A stretch of 64,000 bases of DNA from Candidatus Bathyarchaeota archaeon. GTDB lineage: Archaea > Thermoproteota > Bathyarchaeia > TCS64. The notes beneath the pieces are model-generated. The model was given only the letters and a program-made list of their open reading frames with translations. It had not been told where the DNA came from and did no database searches. The stretch spans positions 224,001 to 288,000 of the forward strand of contig CAVYVF010000002.1 of assembly GCA_963771885.1 (NCBI GenBank), read 5' to 3'. The stretch's first letter is position 1. Every line of letters starts with the position of its first letter. Of the stretch, positions 59,939 to 64,000 are shown one piece after another. Position numbers and translations under genes: made by a program.

Positions 59939-61657
59939 ATGATTGTGAGCGCCAACGCCGACGTCGCAGCAGTCCTCTACGAGATAGGGGAGATACTGAC
60001 AATCAAGGACGACAGGTTCAGGAGCCGCGCCTACCTGCTCGCCGCTCAGAGGATAACCAGCCTCACCGAGGATATTAGGAAGGTCAAGGAGAGGGGCGAG
60101 CTAGACAAGATACCCGGCGTGGGAAAGAGCATCGCAGCAACCATCGCAGAGGTGCTCGACACGGGGGAGTCCAAGGTCCTCGAGGAGTTGCGTGAGTCGC
60201 TGCCTCCGGGGGTGCGCCAGCTTATGGAGCTCGAAGGCATAGGCCCCAAGAACGCGATTCGACTCGTAGACGAGTTGAAGATTTCCTCCATAGACGACCT
60301 TGAGAAGGCGGCGAAGGAGGGGAGGATACGCGAGCTGAAGGGCTTCGGGGAAAAGAAGGAGCAGAACATCCTGCAGAGCATAGAGGACCTGCGCGGGCGC
60401 CAGTCCCGGTTCCTCCTCGGCGAAGTGCTGCCAGTCGTCGACGACATGCTGGCGTGGATGAGGGAGTCCCCAGCCGTCCTGAAGGCGGAGGTAGCGGGGA
60501 GCTATAGGCGCAGAAAGGAGACGATAGGAGACCTCGACCTTCTCGTCGCCTCGAACGACCCCGAAGCGGCGTCGGAGAGGTTCGTCTCGATGCCCCCCGT
60601 AGAGCGCATAGTAAGCCACGGCGCGACGAAGAGCACCGTATACCTGAAGAGGCACCTGCAGGTCGACTGTCGCGTCGTATCCCCCGAGGCATACGGCGCC
60701 GCCCTCCAGTACTTCACCGGTTCCAAGGACCACAACGTAAAGCTCCGCACAATCAGCGTTAAAATGGGCTACAAGCTCAACGAGTACGGCCTCTTTCGCC
60801 GCGAAGGCGACACCCTCGTCGCCTCGGAGACCGAGGAGGAGATATACATGGCACTGGGGATGGACTGGGTCGCCCCCGAGATCAGGGAGAACCGGGGTGA
60901 GATAGAGGCCGCGATGGAGCATAAGCTCCCCAAGCTCGTTAAGCTGGATGAGATCAAGGGCGACCTCCACTGCCACAGCAAGTGGAGCGAAGGCACGATG
61001 ACCATACGCGAGGTCGCCGAGAAGGCAAAGAGCCTCGGGCTAAGCTATGTCGCCATAACCGATCACTCGAAGAGCCTCGGCATAGCCCGGGGCCTCGACG
61101 AGAAGCGCCTCGCTGAGCAGGGCAAGGAGATAGACGCATTAAACAAGGAACTAGACGACTTCACAGTCCTCAAGGGGATTGAGTGTGACATAAAGGGGGA
61201 CGGCTCGATGGACCTCACTGACTCCGCCCTCGCCGACCTCGACTTCGTCGTCGGCAGTATTCACAGCGGCTTCAAGAACGACGAGGAGACGATGACGAGT
61301 CGGATGATCGCTGCTATCCAAAACGAACACGTTGACGCGATAGGGCACCCGACAGGACGTATAATTCAGAAGAGGAAACCCTACCCCCTCAACCTCGACA
61401 GGGTGGTCGAGGCCGCGGTGGCCCAGAGGGTCGTACTGGAGATAAACGCATTCCCGGAGCGCCTCGACCTCGACGACGTCTCATGCAGGAAGGCGATGGA
61501 GGCCGGTGCGCAGGTAAGCATAGGTACGGACGCACATGCATTGAACCAAATGGAGTTCCTTCCCCTCGGCGTCTCGGTGGCGCGGCGCGGCTGGCTCACG
61601 GTGAAGGATGTCCTGAACACGCTCACGGCTAGGGAACTTATTCGCCGCCGGGGATGA
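59939..61657 (+). CDS. polX: DNA polymerase X / PHP exonuclease
   Basis: IPGVG, GSYRRRKETIGDLD, YFTGSK.HN, DLHCHS, TDHS, GTDAH. Confidence 0.95.
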   Translation: MIVSANADVAAVLYEIGEILTIKDDRFRSRAYLLAAQRITSLTEDIRKVKERGELDKIPGVGKSIAATIAEVLDTGESKVLEELRESLPPGVRQLMELEGIGPKNAIRLVDELKISSIDDLEKAAKEGRIRELKGFGEKKEQNILQSIEDLRGRQSRFLLGEVLPVVDDMLAWMRESPAVLKAEVAGSYRRRKETIGDLDLLVASNDPEAASERFVSMPPVERIVSHGATKSTVYLKRHLQVDCRVVSPEAYGAALQYFTGSKDHNVKLRTISVKMGYKLNEYGLFRREGDTLVASETEEEIYMALGMDWVAPEIRENRGEIEAAMEHKLPKLVKLDEIKGDLHCHSKWSEGTMTIREVAEKAKSLGLSYVAITDHSKSLGIARGLDEKRLAEQGKEIDALNKELDDFTVLKGIECDIKGDGSMDLTDSALADLDFVVGSIHSGFKNDEETMTSRMIAAIQNEHVDAIGHPTGRIIQKRKPYPLNLDRVVEAAVAQRVVLEINAFPERLDLDDVSCRKAMEAGAQVSIGTDAHALNQMEFLPLGVSVARRGWLTVKDVLNTLTARELIRRRG

Positions 61658-62303
61658 GGCTGTCGAGGATACTGAAGAGCCAGTCACGGCTCGGCGGCCA
61701 CGTCAGGGCAACGGAGAAGACTATGCTTCCGACGACGATCCCGACGCTTGCGAGCCAGCTACCAACGGCGCCGATTAGCAACTCGAAGACCCAGCCCCCA
61801 ACGTAGGCGCCGACACTATAGAGGACGGTCTTCCCCACTGCCTCTAGGGCGAGAAGCTTCGTGAGGGGCAGTCGCCTTGTGCCGGCGAGCATTACTACGG
61901 GCAGGTCGGGCAGCGGCGTCATGGCGACGACGAGGACCGCCCAGAGTCCATACTTCTTTATCCACTTGTCCACGAGTGCCTCCGACTTGCTCCCCGTCTT
62001 CTCAACGGTCTCCGCGACGCCGAGCCCGAGGAGGTAAGGAATAACGTCGCCTACCGCGCCGCCGAGCCCGGCGCATGTGCCAAGGATTATCGGGTGATAG
62101 AAAGGCGTGAGTGCGAGGAAAGCGGGGACAAATATATCACGCGCCACCATCGTGGCGTGGCTTAGCATAGACGCTGCGAAGATGCCGCCGAGGCCCATCG
62201 CCTCGAGGCGTGACGAGTCGGTGAAAAGGAGGAGAAGGAGGTATCCTGAGACAAGGGCGGTAGCGGCGACGCCTCCTATGGTCAGGATTGCCCTCTTGTT
62301 CAT
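61638..62303 (-). CDS. DedA/VTT-domain membrane protein
   Basis: G.AVGD...YLLG, TPLPD, GK. Confidence 0.72.
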   Translation of the reverse strand: MNKRAILTIGGVAATALVSGYLLLLLFTDSSRLEAMGLGGIFAASMLSHATMVARDIFVPAFLALTPFYHPIILGTCAGLGGAVGDVIPYLLGLGVAETVEKTGSKSEALVDKWIKKYGLWAVLVVAMTPLPDLPVVMLAGTRRLPLTKLLALEAVGKTVLYSVGAYVGGWVFELLIGAVGSWLASVGIVVGSIVFSVALTWPPSRDWLFSILDSLIPGGE

Positions 62304-62404
62304 GGTGATCCACCCTTAAGGCTCCGGAATTGAAATGCTTTCCCCCAAGGTTAAAAACAGGGCCTCCAACGAAAACTTATAATGAAAAAAAAATGGTTTT
62401 TGGA

Positions 62405-63016
62405 TTAGAAGGGCTTGGCGAGTATCTCGTGTACCCGCAGTTCTCTGATCCTGTTTGAGGCTGCTGGGGTGACCACTATCGCGGTGTCCGCCCCGGCGTG
62501 ACTGCCACCGATGGCGATCACGGGCTTGTCGATGCCTATCGCGTCGCAGTCGGCGGCCATCATGGCGATCTCGACACCCACCTTCGTGCCTTGGCTGAAC
62601 TGGCGCAGCATGTTAGCGATGACGACGTTGAGTGGGGGAAGAAGGAAGGGGAGGCTCGCCTCTAGCTGCCCCTCCTTCTCGGGTCTCTGGCGGCTGACGC
62701 CGACGTCGACTCCGCCTGTCAGCACGTCGGTGCAGGTGACGACCTTGCCCGCCTCCTCCAGCTTCGCGTAGACGTCTGGTGGCATCATCTGCTTCCCCTT
62801 CTGGGGGTAGCCCGTCTGGTGCCTGACGAAGACGAGTTTGAGGCCGCTGTCCTTGAAGACCTCTATTGCCTTTAGTCCGGTGCCGCCGGTGGAGGTTGAG
62901 ATGACTATTGTGTCTATCTCCCTCTCTTTGGCGCCCGCTAAGGCGATTTTGAGGGTCTCCTCCGTGTGTTCTCTACCTCCCTTCTCGAATATGACCGTGG
63001 TTCTCTTCGTGCTCAT
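62405..63016 (-). CDS. Pyruvate kinase C-terminal-like protein (DUF1867)
   Basis: STSTGGT, FSQGTKV.VEI..MAAD, GADTA. Confidence 0.82.
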   Translation of the reverse strand: MSTKRTTVIFEKGGREHTEETLKIALAGAKEREIDTIVISTSTGGTGLKAIEVFKDSGLKLVFVRHQTGYPQKGKQMMPPDVYAKLEEAGKVVTCTDVLTGGVDVGVSRQRPEKEGQLEASLPFLLPPLNVVIANMLRQFSQGTKVGVEIAMMAADCDAIGIDKPVIAIGGSHAGADTAIVVTPAASNRIRELRVHEILAKPF

Positions 63017-63065
63017 GTCGATCACAGAATAGTGATTGAGAGATGACTGTCTGAGGTAATAAGCG

Positions 63066-64000
63066 TTAGAGGTGACTTTCCCTCTCCCCCACGATAGGGA
63101 TCGGGTTGCCGCAGAACCTGCACTTGTGTAGTTCGAGATTCCACTCCGTTATCTCGTAGCCTATGCGCCCGACGACCGTTTTCCCACACTTGGGGCATAG
63201 AGTGTCCTCGTAACCTTCCCCGGGGACGTTTCCGACGTAGACATAATGAAGACCCTCCGCCCTCGCGATATCGCGAGCGCGTAGCAGCGTCTCCACGGGC
63301 GTCGGTGGAAGGTGGCTGAACTTGTACTGAGGGTAGAAGCGGCTCAGGTGGAGGGGGACGTCTGGGCTCATCTTATCAACGATTCGGCGCGCCATGCCTC
63401 GGACCTCGTCGGCGCCATCGTTCGTCTCTGGTATTATGAGGAACGTGACCTCGACGTGCACGCCCCTCCTATACATCTCCTCAGTCGCATCGACGACACT
63501 CTGCAGGTCAGCGGAGCAGTGCTTCCTGTAGAACTCCTCGCTAAAGCCCTTCCAGTCCACGTTCGCCGCATCTATCACGTCGACTACCCTGCCCAGCGCC
63601 TCGAGGCTGACGTAGCCGTTGGTGACGAGGACGTTCTTTACGCCCTCCTTCTTGGCGAGGCGCGCCGTGTCTTCGACGAAGTCGAGGTTGATGAGAGGCT
63701 CGTTGTAGGTATAACTTATACTCGTACATCCTTGGCGCTTGGCTTCTCCGACGACGTACTCGGGGGACACACGCTTCAGGCCGCCGAACTTCGGGTCAGC
63801 GGTAGAGAGGTGCCAGTTCTGACACCAGGGGCACGTAAAACTACATCCGACGCTGCTTACACTGAGGCTGAGGCTACCCGGGTGAAAGTGGGCGAGTGGC
63901 TTCTTCTCTATGGGGTCTACAGCCATAGCACTGAGGAGGCCGTAAGTGAGGTTGACTATTGAGCCCTTCTGGTTCTCCTTAGTGCCGCAGAAGCCCCGCT
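63066..64000 (-). CDS. amrS: AmmeMemoRadiSam radical SAM enzyme (5' truncated)
   Basis: DPIEKKPL.HF.PG, CSFTCPWCQN, YTYNEP, YVYVGN. Confidence 0.92.
   Translation of the reverse strand, partial: RGFCGTKENQKGSIVNLTYGLLSAMAVDPIEKKPLAHFHPGSLSLSVSSVGCSFTCPWCQNWHLSTADPKFGGLKRVSPEYVVGEAKRQGCTSISYTYNEPLINLDFVEDTARLAKKEGVKNVLVTNGYVSLEALGRVVDVIDAANVDWKGFSEEFYRKHCSADLQSVVDATEEMYRRGVHVEVTFLIIPETNDGADEVRGMARRIVDKMSPDVPLHLSRFYPQYKFSHLPPTPVETLLRARDIARAEGLHYVYVGNVPGEGYEDTLCPKCGKTVVGRIGYEITEWNLELHKCRFCGNPIPIVGERESHL

Noticed and set aside
1..64000. CRISPR array, IS element, provirus, intein or defence island
   Set aside because: No repeat-spacer pattern, transposase, integrase or capsid gene seen; RadA, Cdc6 and Lhr are normal length

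Overview
Archaeal chromosomal segment, most likely Bathyarchaeia (inferred from rps8e, srp19, gar1, radA, cdc6, aIF1/SUI1, hjc, PAC2, tungsten AOR and frequent TTG starts). It holds about 60 tightly packed genes; I found no rRNA, tRNA, CRISPR array or transposase. Housekeeping blocks are DUF373-uppS, smc-scpA-scpB, rps8e-srp19-gar1, lhr, radA-SUI1, hjc, lonC-trxB-trx-eno, cdc6 with an upstream ORB-like box, and polX. Three accessory, bacterial-looking blocks stand out. (1) At 10-22 kb there is a D-amino-acid/peptide locus: alanine racemase, GATase, enolase-superfamily epimerase, amidohydrolase, GGCT, an operon of a MurL-like ATP-dependent epimerase + Ddl-like ATP-grasp ligase + GNAT-like protein, a divergent PLP enzyme and an AOR. 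This is the best candidate for an undescribed system. (2) A 2-oxoacid dehydrogenase E1a/E1b/E2 + lipoate ligase operon has no E3 and converges on a rubredoxin-FTR/thioredoxin pair. (3) A BKACE + carnitine-dehydrogenase-like + MFS cluster lies at 52-58 kb. A roughly 185-nt highly structured candidate ncRNA/leader sits at 28.76-28.94 kb. smc and rps8e lack canonical start codons. At least a dozen genes carry frameshifts, mostly +1 insertions, which look like long-read assembly errors rather than pseudogenes. All calls are by motif recognition only; no searches were run.
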